This document shows positions 33,455 through 47,358 of a DNA stretch of 64,000 bases, in pieces. The position numbers and the translations under genes were made by a program. Position 1 is the first letter of the stretch; the number at the start of each line of letters is the position of its first letter. The stretch is from Enoplolaimus lenunculus (taxonomy: Eukaryota), in NCBI GenBank assembly GCA_030248215.1, contig JASANG010000621.1, positions 1 through 64,000 of the forward strand, given 5' to 3'. The notes under the pieces were generated by a model, which was not told the DNA's origin, did no database searches, and was given only the letters and a program-made list of their open reading frames with translations.

Positions 33455-36443
33455 TAATATTAATAATAATAAAAATAAAATAATACTAACTAAAGATAAA
33501 GCCCTGTTCACACGAACAAAGTTTTGCAGCGAGAGCTCCCAAATTCACCTTGCACGAGTAACTTGCATGCAAGTGCTTGCATTTCATTCTTTGCGTATGT
33601 TCATAATAAATAAATTGCAGCTGTAGGTTATCCGAATGAATTTTCGAACTAAACTGGCAGCTGCAAATTTCAACAGCGAGAAACATTCACGCATAAAAAA
33701 AGTTTTGCTCGAAAATTCTGGACTAGAACACGCTTTCGAAGTCCAATTTCTATTTGGTTATTAATGGATGTAAACTAAGTTCGGACATCACCGCCGTAGA
33801 TTGTGAAATATCAAACAAGTGTGATATTTGTATTGCAGGAACTGAATAGTACTCTAATCATATTCGAGTAACATACGGATATGAAATATTTTTGCTTAAA
33901 AATTATTGACTGAAGCGAAACTTCGAGGGAAAATTGGGGTTTCGCGAAGCGTTTAATTTTTGTACTTGGGTCGAAAGTAGGTGTCCGTCCGAAAAGAATG
34001 TCAAGAGCCGCTGGACCGATTTTGATGTTATTTGTCTGTCCGTTCGAATAGAATCTCACGAACGGCTGAACCGATTTTGATACTTTTTTGGTTGAAAGCC
34101 AATTATTCTGGAGTGTTAACCTCGCATTGGGGTTTTAAAATTTTAAGCCGTTTATTAGCTACAGGCTAATTTGCATAATTAATTAAGCCTAAATTCGTAC
34201 TTTCAACATTGTTTCACTAATTATTATAGTTGCATGCAATCTAATTTCAATATTAAAGGGTTTTTGGGTGCAAGGAATAGCTAATAGATAATATACATAT
34301 TAATATAGTTTATAAGCCTAAAGTAGGACTTGTTACAATATTTCGCCAATTATTAAGGTTAAAAGCAGTCTAATTTCAGCAATAAAGGGTATTTGGGTGC
34401 GAGGAATCTGAATAAATTGTGTACAAACCCTCAAAACCGATAATCGGACAGTTAGATAATAGTTAATTTGCATATTTAGATTAATTTGACAAGACAAAAT
34501 TAGGACTTAATTTATTTCAATAAATTATTATGGTGACTGAAGGGTTTTTTGGTGCAAGGAATCTGAATAAATTGTTTGCAATCTTCCAAAACCGATAAAT
34601 AAATAGTTAGTAACTAATTTGCATATTACCTTAATTGCTTGCGTTTGTTCGAACTTCGCTCAATATGTAGTCCCGCTACCACTGGTTTGGGTTACAAGCA
34701 ATCTAATTTCAGTACTAAAGAATTTTTGGGTACGAGGAATCTGAATAAATTGTGTACAACCCGTCAAAACCAATAATTGAACAGTTAGCTTATAGCTAAT
34801 TTGCATATAAGCATAATTGATAAGCCTAAATTCGGCGTTTTTACAATATTTCACTAATTATTAGGGTTACAAGCAATCTAATTTCAGCAATAAAAGGTTT
34901 TTGGGTGCGACGAATCTAAATGAATTGTCTACAAAACCTTGAAACACGATAACCGAATAGTTAGCTAATAGCTAATTTGCATATTTGCTTAATTGATAAG
35001 CCTAAATAATGACTTTTTAAATTATTTCAATAGTTATTAGGGTGACTGAAGGGTTTTTGGGTGCGAGGAATCTGAATAAATTGTTTACAATCCTCAAAAA
35101 CCGATAAATGAATAGTTAGTTAATAACTAATTTGCATATAAGCTTAATTGCTTAAGTGTGTTCGAGCTTCGCTCAATACATGTAGTCCTACTACTACAAC
35201 TGCTTGACAGTTATATATTGCAGAAAAACAGCAATATTAATAATTAAACATTGGTGTATATATCTTAATTGCTGCTCATGATTATTTTGCTAATCGGTAT
35301 TTTCTGTTGGTTTCCAGCAATTGAATGGTATACTAATGGTACACGAGGAACACATGGATATAACAACAGTATGCACGATATGTGGCCAGTGTTTATGGCA
35401 CGCGGCCCTGCTTTTGATCAGGCGCTGCGGCATGTACCAGATGGATTTCAAAGCATCGATGTTTACAATTTGATGTGTGCTATTCTTGGACTCAGTCCTG
35501 CTCCGAATAACGGATCAATGGAACGCGCGATGATGTTACTGAAACGGGAGTATCGCCCTAAAGGGTTATTTAGTTTGACAGGGCTGGCAAGTGTGTCTAC
35601 GGGACTGTTTACAGGTACGTTTGGAGTAACAGCCAGATATCTGGCTTCGACAAAAAAATTGACATCCGGCTCCGGTCTGTTACTGTTGCTTTTGTCACCG
35701 CTTTGTATAATGTTACACTCTAGTTTCGATACGTTTTAAGAAGTGTTTTGGTATCTTGCGTGCCCTAAAGCAACACTAAATTTGGATTAGAATGTCTAGT
35801 TTGAACATGAACTAAATTTGAAATATATAGCTTATTTCTATGCTATTTTTGACAATCGATGTTGGAGGTGTGCTGATCATGCGCACTATATCTTATTGTT
35901 CACATCGCATAGCGCGAACTATGGAAATTTTAGTTCTGTTTACTCACTCGGGTATTTTATGAGTTAAGTAAAACCAATATTTTAATACTTTTCCTTGTTT
36001 GTTTAGTTAGCTTTTTCATTTCAGTGGTACTAGCGTGCCTGTGTGCGATTGTTTTTGTACTCGTAATGGGATTTATGTATGTGGTGCGTCGCCGGAGACA
36101 CATTCGGTACTCATCAACTGATATTCCGCCTGGGATGGCAATTGGTGTCGGTATGCCGATTGCTACCAAGCGACCACCGTCAGAAAGGTACTCTCTACTT
36201 CGATCTGGTAGCAATGCAGATTTAAACTCGGACGGCGATGACTTAAGCTCAAGTAGCGAAGATGAGCTCGGCCCTCCAGTTTTGAAAATGAACCAGGCGT
36301 TGGGTGGAGTGCCTGCGGGTGCTAGTGACTTAGGGAAAAGTGACGGAAGTCGAACTGGAAACGAGAGGAGTACAGAGAATTGTGGTGTGCCGAGACAAAC
36401 TGATAATTCTTTCCAAACAGGAGGAAAAGAAGGACTCCTTTGA
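29486..36443 (+). CDS. ENPP4/5/6-like ectonucleotide pyrophosphatase/phosphodiesterase, type I membrane protein; exons 29486-29620, 30300-30627, 31378-31595, 31994-32144, 32889-33050, 35318-35614, 36007(or 36025)-36443
   Basis: Signal peptide; motifs LLIVSFDGFRW, TKTFPSHYTIATGLY, YFNEPDSTEHEYGP, IIIMADHG, GTHGYNN; C-terminal TM helix; GT-AG introns with consistent phases. Confidence 0.9.
29727..30240 (-). mobile_element. TRIM (miniature non-autonomous LTR element) with tRNA-derived LTRs, in ENPP intron 1
   Basis: Near-identical 209-bp TG...CA repeats at 29727-29935 and 30032-30240; TSD GTTGG; PBS 30014-30031; PPT 29936-29947; 96-bp internal region. Confidence 0.93.
32190..32573. mobile_element. 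Non-autonomous TIR element
   Basis: CCAAGAGTGGATGAT...ATCATCCACTCTTGG termini with TGAAA duplicated on both flanks; further internal inverted repeats. Confidence 0.75.
33908..35195 (+). mobile_element. Helentron/DINE-1-like non-autonomous rolling-circle element (boundaries approximate)
   Basis: TGTCCGTCCG and AACGGCTGAACCGATTTTGA near the 5' end; internal subrepeats (GGGTGCGAGGAATCTGAATAAATTG); 3' CTTCGCTCAA followed by a GTAGT-NNN-ACTAC hairpin; complementary TTGAGCGAAG seen in the fragment at about 31685-31950. Confidence 0.6.
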
Positions 36444-37688
36444 CGGAGTGTGGTATTTTAAACTACTTGTAGAACTATCATCAGTAGGGTTGTTTTGATC
36501 AGGGGTGTTATGTGCAACAATGTGTAGCACCTATCACCAGCTAGAAACAGCTGTCGTAAGGCGCAAGATATCAGCGAGCTTTGGATCTAAAATTTTACAC
36601 AGTAGCGTGACAGAGTAATCCAAATATGACGTGTTATATCTCGCAGCTTAGTATTTTTTATCTTAAAACAAGCGCCACTAATGCGTCATTCACTTTAATT
36701 TTAGTGAAGGGGAATCAAAAGTGGTTTAGGGCTATTCTAACTCTTAGCACACAAAATTTTGTGTAAAGTGTTAGGGTGACCTAATATGTTTTTTGTCTCA
36801 GGATTACACCAACTCTTGGCACGCAAAATTCTGTGCCAAGTGTTGGGGCAATCCTAAGGCGCAAAAAGTTTATTTGTATGTATGTAAACAAAATCAGTGT
36901 TTTTATCGTCAGAAGTGGTTTTAAAGTTCAAATAAGTTCATATTTTTAAACTTTAGGCTGAGCCTGCTTTAGGCTTTTAGGCTAGGCTAAGGCATCGAAA
37001 AAGGGTTTGCCGAAGATTTTAGGTAGACAACAAGTGACTGTAATCACCCAGAACTGGATAAACGAATTTTGTTTCAGTCAGTTCACATCAAGAACACATT
37101 CGATTTCTTTATAAACCTGTTTTAATTCCCGAAACATAAGACACACCGTGAAATAAATAGCACAATGACTGAATGCAAATATTCTTAATCATTGAAACAC
37201 GCTAGTGTTTACACTATATGTTTCAAGCATCGAGAATGCACACTTTTTGAAAGTTTTGCAGAATGTTCTCTGCAGGAAAGCAGAGCTGGAATGAGGTAAC
37301 CTGCGTATAGAATATCCTAATTAGCCGCTTCGACACCATACACAAATTGGACAGCTAAACGTCTCATTTAAAAGTTTGAATTTTGTAATTTTTCGAAACA
37401 ATCGTATTACAAATCTGTAATTACCATAGCTAGTCGATATTATTCTGTGATGCTAATGACACCGTGCGATAGATTTCGTGTCCTTGCGATGTTTGTTCTA
37501 CTGAAATTTCCAACTAAGACAGTAATATTTTGTAATAACCTCCCATGCATTATAGCTTAGAACAGGCTGCTTTTTGGTGGATTGCAATGGAGCAAGTGTA
37601 CGCTTTAGACATATTTTGTTTAGGCTTAGGCGTACGCTTAGGAGTAGTCTTAGCATAAAACCTCACCGTATCCCATGTAAAAGAAAGA

Positions 37689-38627
37689 AACTAGGTAAAA
37701 GTGCCCCTAGAAGGGACAGATTGTGATATGTTCCGTTTAAAGCATGTGAAAGGGGAGTTTAAACAAGGGTTAGTTAGACCATAGATCGGTAGGTAATGCT
37801 TATAATATTAGCTCCATAACTTCTATGAAAATAGTTGTCATCTATATCTTCGACGGTCTGTCTTTCAGTGTTAACACGCTTGCGGTCAGTGAAACAAGAA
37901 ACATATGGGCCCAACGAACTTTCATCTGTTAAGCTATAAATCGACACTATGGGTTTTCAAGGCGTTCTAAAGTACAACTCTCAACATGCCTTTCGTATAA
38001 CATTCAGTTGCTTTTTAAAGTTATTTCAACTGAGCGCCAGCAGAACATGTTCTTTGAAATATTTAGTAACGTTTGAATGGTATTTTCTAGATGAATAGCT
38101 TAAATATGTCACGGCACAGAACACAATTTGGAATAGTTTCTCGACTTCACATCATCAAATTGTCATGGTAAAGATAGGTAAAATAGTCGAGCACGTATGC
38201 GTGACATTTTTTATTCCATAATCAATAGACGCAATTTGTAATCTTGCAATATTGAAGTATTTACTAATCAAGTTTTAGAAACATAATATTTTAAAACTCA
38301 AAAAATATCCTCTTCCAACGAAGAATGCTAGATTAGATCACTTATAAACTAAACATTGTGAAACCCAACAAACGCTAAAATTAAGCTGATAGGTGATGTC
38401 TGTTTAGCCTATATGTTTCTTGTTTCACTGACCGCAAGCGTGTTAACACTGAAAGACAGCCGTCAAAGATATAGATGACAACTATTTTCAGAGAAGTTAT
38501 CGAGCTAATATTATAAGCATTACCTACTGATCTATGGTCTAACTAACCCTTGTTTAAACTCCTCTTTCACATGCTTTAAGCGAAACATATCACAATCTGT
38601 CCCTTCTAGGGGCACTTTTACCTAGTT
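37689..38627. mobile_element. Foldback element with ~220-bp TIRs
   Basis: 37689-37908 is a close reverse complement of 38408-38627 (AACTAGGTAAAAGTGCCCCTAGAAGGGAC...). Confidence 0.88.
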
Positions 38628-39109
38628 GTTTAATATGCTTTTCATTCAGTGTATTGGCCATATGTTTAATAGTTTGGTATTATGTGATATCAATATCTAT
38701 AAACAACGTGTCTTTCGCATTCATTCCAGTGCTTTAAATAAATTATTTTTGTTATAATGGCTGTGAGCATATACGGCGGTGTATGTATCTGCTAAAATAG
38801 TTTTGTTTGGTCAGTGGGTTTGTTCAAGGAAGAAATAAGTTGCTTGAAACTTGGAGATGAACAAATTTTACCAAAGCATTATGCTTGGCTTATCAATAAT
38901 TCTTCCAGTTTTGCATATAGGGTCGGTTGAGAATCTGTAGTAAACAGTTGTGCGTCAAACAGGCAACTGAATCTGTAATCGTACTTAAGCACAATTTGCC
39001 AGGGTGCAACCGAAATGGCAAAATACTCTAGGAAGAAAGAAACCGGAAAGTAAAAATACCGGAACCGCTTGGTGCAGTTGCGACATATTAGTTACTGAAA
39101 AATTCTTAA

Positions 39110-40020
39110 CTATTTACTAAGCGTTTTATGTTTTATACTTGGGGTCGAAAGGTGGATGTCCGTCCGAAAAGAATCTCAGGAACGGCTGAACCGATTTTGA
39201 TAAACTTTTTATGTTTGAAAGCCTATTATTCTGGGGTGTTAACCTCGCATTAGGGTTTTAAAGTTTTAAGCCGTTTATTAGCTACAGACTAATTTGCATA
39301 ATTAATTCAGCCTAAATTAGAACTTCACAGTATTTCACTAATTATTACAGTTAGAAGCAATCTAATTTTAGCACTAAAAGGTTTTTGGGTGCGAGCAATC
39401 TGCGTAGACTGTTCACAAACCTCCAAAACCGATAATTGAGCAGTTACCTAATAGATGATTTGCATATTAGCATAGTTTATAAGCCTAAATTAGGACTTTT
39501 TACAATATTTCACTAATTATTAAGGTTAAAAGCAATATAATTTCAGCACTAAAGGGTTTTTAGGTTCGAGGAATTTGAATAAGTAGTTTAAAAGCATCCG
39601 AAACCGATAATTAAATAGTTAGCTAATAGGTAATTTGCATATTAGCTTAATTGACAAGACAAAACTAGGACTTTTCACATTATTTCAATAATTATTAAGG
39701 TTTACTGAAGGTTTTTGGGTGCGAGGAATCTGAATAAATTGTTTACAAACCTTGAAAACCGATAATTGAATAGGTAGCTAAAATAGCTAGTTTGCATATT
39801 ACCTTAATTAACAAGACAAAATTAGGACTTTTTGAATTATTCCAAAAATTATTAGGGTGGCTCAAGGGTTTTTGAGTGCGAGGAATCTGAGGAAATTGCT
39901 TACAAACCTTCAAAACCGATAAATGAATAGTTAGCTAATAACTAATTTGCATATTACCTGAATTGCTTAGTGTGTTCGAGCGTCGCTCAATAAATGTAGT
40001 CCCACTACGACTGGTCACTG
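39110..40020 (+). mobile_element. Second copy of the Helentron/DINE-1-like family (boundaries approximate)
   Basis: Collinear with 33950-35195; ends CGCTCAATAAATGTAGTCCCACTAC. Confidence 0.65.
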
Positions 40021-41341
40021 GTGTAAACGTATAGTAAAAATAGACGGAAAGCGGATTTTGAAGTATGAAAGTTTCGGCTAATGCGTAACAGTAGTATATA
40101 TAAGTACATTTTGAAGCCTAAGTATAATTAACTTAGACCTACGCTTAAGCAAAAAATTTGTGTAAAGCTTAAACCTCTGTTGCAGTCTCACAGAAATACG
40201 TTCCGCCTCTGGTCATTACACGGCTCAAAGGCATGCAAATTGTAAAAGGGCATTGTAAAATTGTAAATGAAAAATTAACGGAAGCAGTGAAATTTTTAAG
40301 ATTATACAAGAATTTAGTAATTTTTATATTTATTCCGTATCGACAATCGCAGCGTATATCGAAATATTGTGAAATATGTAAGCACGCGATTTGCAACTAT
40401 TCTGAGTATAAAAAGAACTAATTTTCCAGTATTTCTATGACGTAAACGGACACCGATTTTTACTGGAAACTGAAACGCGTATCCGGTAACATCGTGAATG
40501 AATAGTAAAAATCGTACAAAAAATTAATCTTCAACTTTCAATACTCAAAATTATCAACACTGGAAGTAGACTGTGAAAAATACTTGATATCCCTACGGTA
40601 ACTGGAATTATAGTTGCTTCGGCTATTCACACATGCATAAGTTTTTGCTATGGAAGCTTGCATCTGCATTGGGCTTACGTTTTACAAGCTTAAAATTCGT
40701 GCTGATTGCCCTTACACGTTTAGGCACCGGAAAAAACAACCGGAAACGCTTTTGCTCTATTTTTCTCATGGTTTGAAACACGGAACAACATTTTACAGAT
40801 ATATTAATTGTAGCAAAAACTAAGGAAATGGTTTTCCTTACGCGTTTCCTCTATAACGAGCTTCGTCCAATAGTGTGAGTTTATATAGGGTTAAGTAGTC
40901 GCCTACCCTCGACACCTATATCTCAGCGAAGTTCCGAGCGAGAGGTTATTCCGAGCTCGGGGTAGGTATCGTCCAGACTAAGTTGGGGAAAACTAGGCGT
41001 AGGGCAAGTATGCATGATTGACATAAGCATATGTACGTGTGTACAACTCATGGTCTTACTCTGCCAAGTATATTTAAGTGTTATTGATTTTATGACTTAT
41101 AAAGAAAATAAAAGGGGTAGATAGTACCTCACTTAGTCCCCACCAAGCGGGTGGCTCACCTACGCATGAGCAGGGGAGAGAATTTACTAATTCTGACAGA
41201 ATTCAACACCGGTGTAAGTAGTTTATTGAAAATCTATAAAGCTAAGCGCCTTTTGCGGCTGAAAATAGATAGAAAACATAACATAACATAAACCATTAAC
41301 ATATATCCTACTATCACGTTGTCACCTAAATGTTTACCTAG

Positions 41342-41584
41342 TCAACCATTTACCTCTTGCGTGCGCGAATCAGATTTCGCATCAGCTTCAGCCGAAGTTC
41401 CTGGTTGAGGCGATTCGGGACCGGATCGGCTCCCAGTATCTCTGGGCCGAAACGGCTGAGCCTTTGGATCGAGCTTAGATGGAGAGCTCCGAGGCGAAAC
41501 TACATCAGCTTCTGGCTGGACTGGAAGCGGACTATCTGTCACGACTTCAAGCTTTGAGGTTATTGATGAGTCTTTTCGAGACAT
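41342..41584 (-). CDS. LTR-encoded small Ser/Pro-rich protein with PAM2-like motif
   Basis: ATG-initiated 80 aa with SKLDPKAQPFRP; positional counterpart at 60831. Confidence 0.5.
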   Translation of the reverse strand: MSRKDSSITSKLEVVTDSPLPVQPEADVVSPRSSPSKLDPKAQPFRPRDTGSRSGPESPQPGTSAEADAKSDSRTQEVNG

Positions 41585-41728
41585 TTTATAACAAGTATTA
41601 ATTAAAACTAATTTTGACTAGTTGTATAGCACCTGAATGCAATTGGGTTAAAACCCAGTATAGTAACTCTATCCGGAAAAGGAGATTTGAATCCGAAATC
41701 CGAAAACCTATTGAACTTTATTATTATA

Positions 41729-41929
41729 CTACAAATTAACGCTTACCGTGACTTCTGGGATCTCTGCCGGTGGAACCGGTAAAGGATGGAGATCCGGCTG
41801 ATCAAGTGACAAGCCTACCCAGCAGGGTTGATGCAGCACGGTCCACCCGCACCAGTCAAGGCCAGCCGCCCATGACCAATTGCGTGTTATTTGAACATAG
41901 AACTCAGCTGCAAATAGCTTATGCGACAT
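41729..41929 (-). CDS. LTR-encoded Trp-rich micro-ORF/exon
   Basis: RNWSWAAGLDWCGW...CWVGLS...PLPVP...IPE aligns with the 60471 peptide; ends at a GTAAG donor. Confidence 0.55.
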   Translation of the reverse strand: MSHKLFAAEFYVQITRNWSWAAGLDWCGWTVLHQPCWVGLSLDQPDLHPLPVPPAEIPEVTVSVNL

Positions 41930-44900
41930 ACTAGAAACTTTCAAGCGTGACTTAACCGTTACTAGCAATCCCAATGAAAACCCTTGTATTCAAATCCCTG
42001 GAAAATAAAGCATAAACATCTTTGCCGTTAAATCAAAACTCTTATTTCGCAGACTGATTCTAATTATTCCGAAAGTTCAAAGACCCCTAATGAAAAATTA
42101 TTTACAAATTTGCATAACCGGTCCCATAACTCGGGACCGATTGCCCGTAAATTACATGAAAATCACATATTCCAATCATAGAAAACAACATGAAAAACAC
42201 ACACAACAATTCAAACTTCACTACTATTCGCCATATAACTACCAGCCATGACAGTTACATGAATAATTTTAGCCAATCGCAACCAACTGTTGCACGGCAA
42301 CGCTTTTTAAACTATCCAATCAGAGACTGCCAACGTAGCGAAATGTGTAATCTTAGTAGCTACTAAGATTTCATCAAAGAATGTAACCTTTTGATAAATA
42401 ATTAATATTTTAGAGTTTTTAGGGTGAAAGGTAAGTTTTCTAAAAATGCATTGCCCCTCATTCCGTGTATACATCCGGCAGTAGTACGAGCTCTGTGCTA
42501 CTTACCAACCATTACCCACTCACATACTCACCCAAAACCTTGTGTGCATGCAGACACAGTCTCCACAGCATTAGACCTTCAAGAACCGCAAAATACAGAC
42601 TCAGAACTCACCGGACAACACAGTCACAATCCAGTGACCGTGTGTACGGGGTTCTGCTTTTACCAAGGTGTAACAACAGGTTCCTGCGGCTCGCGGTGCC
42701 TCTTCACATCAAGATGTCTGCATCCCGGCTCAGAGACTATATTTCCCAGCTTCACGAGCCGTGGTCACATTGGTATCTTTACAAATAGTATATACTTGTT
42801 TGGTTGAATATGCTAGCGGTTTTTGCTGTTTGTGTTCACTGTATCCGGAATAGAGCTAACCAGGACGCGTATACAATTCCTATTTACTCAAGTGAGGCCT
42901 TGTTTGACTCAGGATAGTTTTAGTTCGAACGGAATTTCACTTTCGTCTGAAACTCCGACATTATTTCTGTGCCGAATCTCCGACAGAATGTAATTCCTAT
43001 ACTGAAATTCCGCCATTTTCGATTATGTACGTGTGCTTTTTTGTAATAATAATTTCACGTTCAAACTAATTCTGTTCCACCTTGATTTTTAGAGCAAACT
43101 TTCTGTTCGATCTTGATCTAGGGCATTGAGAGAGATCGAAAATGGATTGGAAATCCACCTAATTCGGAGAATTGTACTTTATGTTGGAAGCAATACACCT
43201 AGAGCTGCCTGCGTAAAATAAGGCATAAAAACCTACTCCGTTTCATAACTAGAACTAAAACCATAAAGTATTCAAAAGAAAAATTACGGTTCCGACGAGA
43301 AAATTCAATTCGAACTTCAATTCCGACAATAATATTTTTCAGTTGAGACCTTTAGATTTAGCATCCATCAACGTCTTTGTATTGAGACATGGGTGTACAT
43401 TTTTCAATTTTTCCTCTTTATTAAGGAAAAAGCGAAAAACAGTAAATTTTACGGAAAAAACTAACACTGGTTGTAATCATAGACTATTACACTGGCAAAT
43501 TATTAGCGTACAATTTTGCATAAACAAAAGCCGCAAACTACGTCTAATGGTATATAAAGAATGGTTATGTAAGTTAGCGGATCGTTCAGATGATGGTTTA
43601 ATGAATGTGTAAAGTTTAACGATTGTTACCATAGAGAATTTCAATACCGAAACTCCTAAAATAATATGTATCCGTCTAAATTTCTACAGGAACCGGAAGC
43701 CGATTTGCCGCAGTATATTTTATATAAAATTTCATAACTCTAGACAAATGCTGTCTCCATATTGTTCAGAAATTGTAAAACTCCAAGTTCTTCATGTTAC
43801 CAAACTTCAAAAACAACACACTCTGACATTGAATTTTCACCAACGTTAAACAGGTGAAATTTGTAAGAAATTTGAAAAAAGTTCGTTACAGAGGTGCACG
43901 CGTTCATTAATACCGTAGTACTTAGGTATTCTGTAATTATCTTTTGATTTGTAGACCGTATTTTTGAGTGTGTCTCACGTTTTTAGTAGAATTTTTTCTC
44001 GTAATTAAATTTTTTAAAATTTATTAAAATTGTGATCAAATATGTAACTCAGCAACTCTCCTAGTGAGGTATTTTATACCAGTGCACGAAAACGCAAACT
44101 TGACCGCAGAATCAGTGTACAGTATACATGCAAGATGTGGTGAAGTGGCAGATTCAAGAGTTTCCGATGCAGAGATTATTTTTCGTATTAAACTGAAACT
44201 TTTGCGGTTAGCTAAAACTTGAAACTGTTTTATAGATTTTTAATGTTTTAAGCTGTTTTAGCTCTTTAGCTGTAGCACGAAATCCTCTTTGAGATGTGCC
44301 TAAATTCTGTTTAATCCAGCCACCGGCTCACGAAATGCAAATATTTCTCCAAGTTCCCCCTGAAAACCGAGCAATGGTAACCCCGTTAAAATTCCACCAA
44401 AATTCCTAAAAGCCGCGCAATCCTGTTAACCCCGTTTAGAATTATGCACGAAAATTCCCAAGTCGTGCAATCGTTACCCCGTTATAATTACACCAAAATT
44501 CTGTCAAACTAACCCCGTTAGAAAGGCTTACTCCGGTAAAAGAATACTGAGTCTAAACTCGTTAGAATCTGGAGACTTTATCCAAAACTGCTGATTTCAA
44601 AGATTCTCCCAATTATTCCATAAGCTCCAGTATATAAAATACCGTGCAGTCTCCGGCGCAATAAGCAACCCCAAATAAAACAATATTTACTTTGGTTTCC
44701 TTCACATCTCCAGCCTTCGTGGCAATTTTTATTCCAACTGACTCCGTCCAATAAACCAAAATACTACAATCTTTCAAAAATTCCACTAAATTCTGTAAAC
44801 AATAATGCAAAAACAAAAGAAAATATCCGCAAAATCCAAGTCAGCTGATCTGATGCTACTAATTCCGGTGTTGGGCTACCCTTCTGGGTGTCTCGAACTA

Positions 44901-46235
44901 ATTTGCATCCTTCGACCGGCCCCCAAATTGGAGCTCCGTACGGCCACGCAGGGCCCGGGTGAAACTAACATTGCGGCACAGCCACCATGAACTCGGTTTT
45001 GTACTTTTTACGCCCTAAAACAACACCTAAGCTTGACTTAAGTTCTAAGAGAAACTTGGCGGAGCCATTGACTCCCATAGGCGTAGTTTGGGGTTTAGTT
45101 TTAGTTTATATTTTAGTTTTAGTTTGAAATATGGTATTGAGAGTGGCACAGCCGCCTATAGTCGGTGCAAAATTTATAATTCAAATCTCAAATTTTAGTA
45201 CGTGATATCATACAAGACGCTAACGAGTACCAACCACAGTCCACAACTTTGTAGATATTTCCAAATGATGAATATCATCTGATATTACAGTACATACGGT
45301 GGATACCACATCAGCATAGCAGACAACTCAAAATTTTTTAATTTGATAGCGGGCTAACGTGCAAACAAGATGTTACCGATTAGTGTAAAAAAGACAAGAC
45401 CAAGATTGGACATTAAAAACCAACGGAAAAACCTGTTTTCTGGGTTTTTTTTGCTTTTTCCGAAAGAATGGAAAAACAACAAACTTTCTGTAAATATATT
45501 TAATTTTGCAAGCCAAACTTGCCCAACAACGGCAAACGTTGCAATTTTGTTTGTCTCTGGATCCTTGAATTATTTAGTAATTTCCGTTTGATTGGATATA
45601 CTAGACGTTTTTTACTGCTCGTGTTCACAGTATCCATGTTGAAGCTGAATTGGAGGCAGAAATAATTTCTACTACATGCCTTAGTTTTCTCATGATTTTT
45701 GTTATATTGAAACCATTACTGTATAATATATTTTCATTTTGTGCTTTTTGCTTTATCAACGTTTCAGCTGAATAATGTGTATTTTTGAACTAAACTTTGA
45801 TCAATTTTTTGTAAACAATGAAATTAAGTACTAGCCCTGTTAGTAGATTTTGGTCGATTCTATTGTTGTCGAAAAACCAACCCTGGACAACACATGTTCC
45901 GCGCTGTCTCAGTTATACCGTAAACCTCGCAGCTATCAACAGGTTGGGGCTGCTAAATGAAAACTTACATCGTAAAAATGTTTAATACTAAGGGCTGCGA
46001 AAGAAATATATCCAGTCTATTCTTGAAGTCGCCAGTACTCAGTTGAAAAATGACTTATATTATATAGAAAATATAGAACTCAACTAAGCAATTAATCGGC
46101 AATAGGTATCAAATTCAGGCGGAATTTCTACTTTTGCCATTTCTGGCATCGAAAACATTTACGATCCAGTAAAAGCCCAAAAAGCTGTTCAGCCAATAAA
46201 ATTTCTGGGCAATTAAATAATAGAATTTAGTTTAA

Positions 46236-47066
46236 CCCTTTCTCACATGAATATTTTCTATTTCCCCTGAGACCTACTTTTATGCTAGGATTCGAACTGC
46301 AGTGACTGGAGTGGGAGGCGTATACCATCACCACGCAGCTGTAGGAGCTTGACGCTCGAGCCCGAGGGGGCTCTCACGTCTTGTGGTGATTTAGTACTAT
46401 GTATACGTGTTGCAATTGTTAAACACGGTGCGATATATACTATTTAACGTATGTACAGTGCGCTGAGTTGCCTACAGGCAACTCAATGTGAGAAGAGGTT
46501 ATAGATAGTAAACTGAAAATTTTTCGCTTAACCCTTTCTCACATGAATATTTTCTATTTCCCCTGAGACCTACTTTTATGCTAGGATTCGAACTACAGTG
46601 ACTGGAGTGGGAGGCGTAGGTATACCATCACCACGCAGCTGTAGGAGCTTGACGCTCGAGCCCGAGGGGGCTCTCACGTCTTGTGGTGATTTAGTACTAT
46701 GTATACGTGTTGCAATTGTTAAACACGGTGCGATATATACTATTTAACGTATGTACAGTGCGCTGAGTTGCCTACAGGCAACTCAATGTGAGAAGAGGTT
46801 ATAGATAGTAAACTGAAAATTTTTCGCTTAACCCTTTCTCACATGAATATTTTCTATTTCCCCTGAGACCTACTTTTATGCTAGGGATCGAACTCCAATG
46901 ACTGGAGTGGGAGGCGTATATTATCACCACTCAGCTATAGGAGCTTGACGCTCGAGCCCGAGGGGGCTCTCACGTCTTGTGGTGATTTAGTACTATGTAT
47001 ACGTGTTGCAATTGTTAAACACGGTGCGATATATACTATTTAACGTATGTACAATGTAAGAAGAGG
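46236..47066 (-). mobile_element. Three tandem copies of a piggyBac-like MITE containing a tRNA-derived segment
   Basis: Units start TTAA-CCCTTTCTCACAT at 46236, 46532 and 46832 and end ATGTRAGAAGAGG-TTA; A-box TAGCTGAGTGG and B-box AGTTCGATCC on the minus strand. Confidence 0.75.
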
Positions 47067-47358
47067 TTAAAACCAAAAACATTTGGTTATAAACTTAAGC
47101 ACTGTTGCTTTTTGTAAGTTTACTCAAAAGACAGATGATTATATTAAATTGGTAAAAAGTAAATCATGAATAAACTTATTCAAATATTAATTTTATACAA
47201 TTTTGTACCACTCAAAGTGATCGTTTTGATCTTGTCAAGTTCAGGTGAACGCATTTTGAACAGCGGCGTGACCACAACTTCATTAATGAAGGGTGAAAAT
47301 TATTTAAATCGCAAGCGCGGCTAATGAGTATAAAATCTAAAACAAGGAAAAATACCTA

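Larger units (their letters stand above)
40874..42783 (-). mobile_element. Solo LTR (1910 bp) carrying two micro-ORFs
   Basis: TGTGAG...TTTACA termini; 5-bp TSD AATAG (40869-40873, 42784-42788); patchy similarity to 59440-61978 in the opposite orientation. Confidence 0.8.

Noticed and set aside
33320..33511. Poly-Ile hydrophobic ORF
   Set aside because: Translation of an (AAT)n microsatellite in an ENPP intron.
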